The notes beneath the pieces are model-generated. The model saw only the letters and a list, made by a program, of their open reading frames with translations, made no database searches and was not told the origin of the DNA. 64,000 bases of DNA from Macrostomum lignano (lineage: Eukaryota). The stretch covers positions 124,001 through 188,000 of the forward strand of contig NIVC01001077.1 in NCBI GenBank assembly GCA_002269645.1. The letters run 5' to 3'. How positions within the stretch are numbered: the first letter of the stretch is position 1; the number at the start of each line of letters is the position of its first letter. The translations under genes and the position numbers were made by a program. Shown one piece after another: positions 62,521 through 64,000 of the stretch.

Positions 62521-64000
62521 CAAGCTCGCAAAGTCACAAGCTCGAAATCGCGCATTAGTAAATACGAAAGGATTGATCACTTTCATAAGCTCAAGAATTT
62601 AAACATACATTTTCGAAAAAAGTATGGCTGATTACTTTCGAAATCTCGAATATTCCACATCATCGGAAAGTCTTCGAAAAGTTCACAATTTAAAAAGAAT
62701 TTCGAGCTTTTGAAAGAGTCCCATCTGGCGAACTTCTCAAAAAACAGCTCAGCTAAGGTTCATTTGAGCTGTTTGGCTTCTCTAAAGTGTCTCTCTCGTT
62801 AGTTCAGGATCTTTGACTGCTCAATTGTGTCCGCTTTTGAGCAGATTCGGTATCTCAAATGAGTCTCAAAAAAATTTTAGTGCATCCTTTTGAGTCTTAA
62901 TTTCTCAACAGTTTTACTCAAAATTTGACAACAGACTCCAACTCCTGTTCAACTCCTGCTATATAACAGAGCTACAATTCAGTGTGACTCATCCAAGATA
63001 TTTATAATTGAAAGCGCAGAAGTCAACTAAAAGGTCACTTCGAGAATGATAAGGATCAAATTTCAGCTACAATGGCAATACTGTTGTACACAGTAAAGTT
63101 CTGCATATGGGTTGGACACTCCAGCGTCAATGGTCGGGCACTTAAAACTCAGATAGATCAATACAACCTGTTTATGCAACATTGTGTTGTCTATGGCTGA
63201 TCCATTACCAGCTGCTCTAAGTAGCTAATGAAGTTGCGGCAATTGCTACTATAAATGTACCCATCAATCTCCGAGGCTAAAATGAGCTCATATTGTAGTC
63301 GGGAGCACTCTGAATCCACTCACTCACTCCCACCGTCAGTCTCCTCCCTAGTTGAGATCAAATCCTCTCTAGGCGGCTTTGAGCAAGACTTAAATATTCA
63401 AAACTGCAGCGCCAGAAACTCCATTAGCGAAATTGTGAGTGTTTTTTAGGAAACCACGAGGATAATTAAGTTCCTCTGCCTGGCCCAAGAGTGCCTGCCG
63501 CGCGAAATGATGTTTGTCTCAACCTTCAGCTTTTCCCACGTGGATTTGGCCATCTGGCTTGCTAGCATCGACTGCTTAGCTGGGAAATATTGTACAAGAA
63601 CTTTTTGCCTCAGGGATTTGCCTGGGATGCAAGTCAGAGTGCAAAGCTGGGATCTAGCATGCTCTGAATTCCGAAGATTCCAAAGTTGCAAGTTGCAAGG
63701 ATAGAAATCTTTCTTTGAGCTCCGGAAATTTAGTCTGGACAAAAACTGTCCTGCAAGTTGCAAAATAATATTCCAAGCCTTGAAGGGCAGGCGCCTGAAG
63801 CTGTGAGCTTCGTTACGATCGAAAATTTAATTTGTCACGGGATTCTGCAGATTTGGCTGGAAGTGGAACTACAAGCGCCACAGGCACAGCTGTGATATCC
63901 CTTATTAATTTGTGAGTCTCTGTGTGTACAGCCATCAGAAAGAGGCTACAGGAATCGAATCCCCGCTAATTGAGATGGGATGCAGATAAAAAAATACAAA

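Overview
Eukaryotic (animal) genomic DNA with GC3-rich exons separated by introns and intergenic spacers packed with about 40 different micro/minisatellite arrays (roughly 40-45% of the window by my manual tally). This architecture resembles the free-living flatworm Macrostomum lignano, which is an inference only. I reconstructed four spliced genes by hand, checking splice sites and phases: a Dmrt93B-type DM+DMA transcription factor (+, 4827-7981), a GSAP/pigeon orthologue (-, 16598-23620, 8 exons, one GC-AG intron, one apparent 1-nt frameshift), ZNHIT6/BCD1 (+, 27352-29130, with 18 tandem MEQPQQQ units at its start) and a GCK-I MAP4K (MAP4K3/5, happyhour-type; -, 50845-57982, 7 coding exons). 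There are also two orphan coding-like ORFs: a 143-aa signal-peptide/single-TM protein and a 74-aa GC3-rich ORF. Mobile elements are a decayed piggyBac with four palindromic end repeats, two non-autonomous hAT (Charlie/MER58-like) elements each carrying an internal minisatellite, and five copies of two tRNA-derived SINE families. No CRISPR array, rRNA gene or intact tRNA gene was found. The most unusual signals are minisatellites interacting with gene structure: a repeat duplicating a start codon, a repeat supplying a stop codon, reverse-complementary repeats flanking a kinase exon, and a shared ATCTG core across unrelated arrays.
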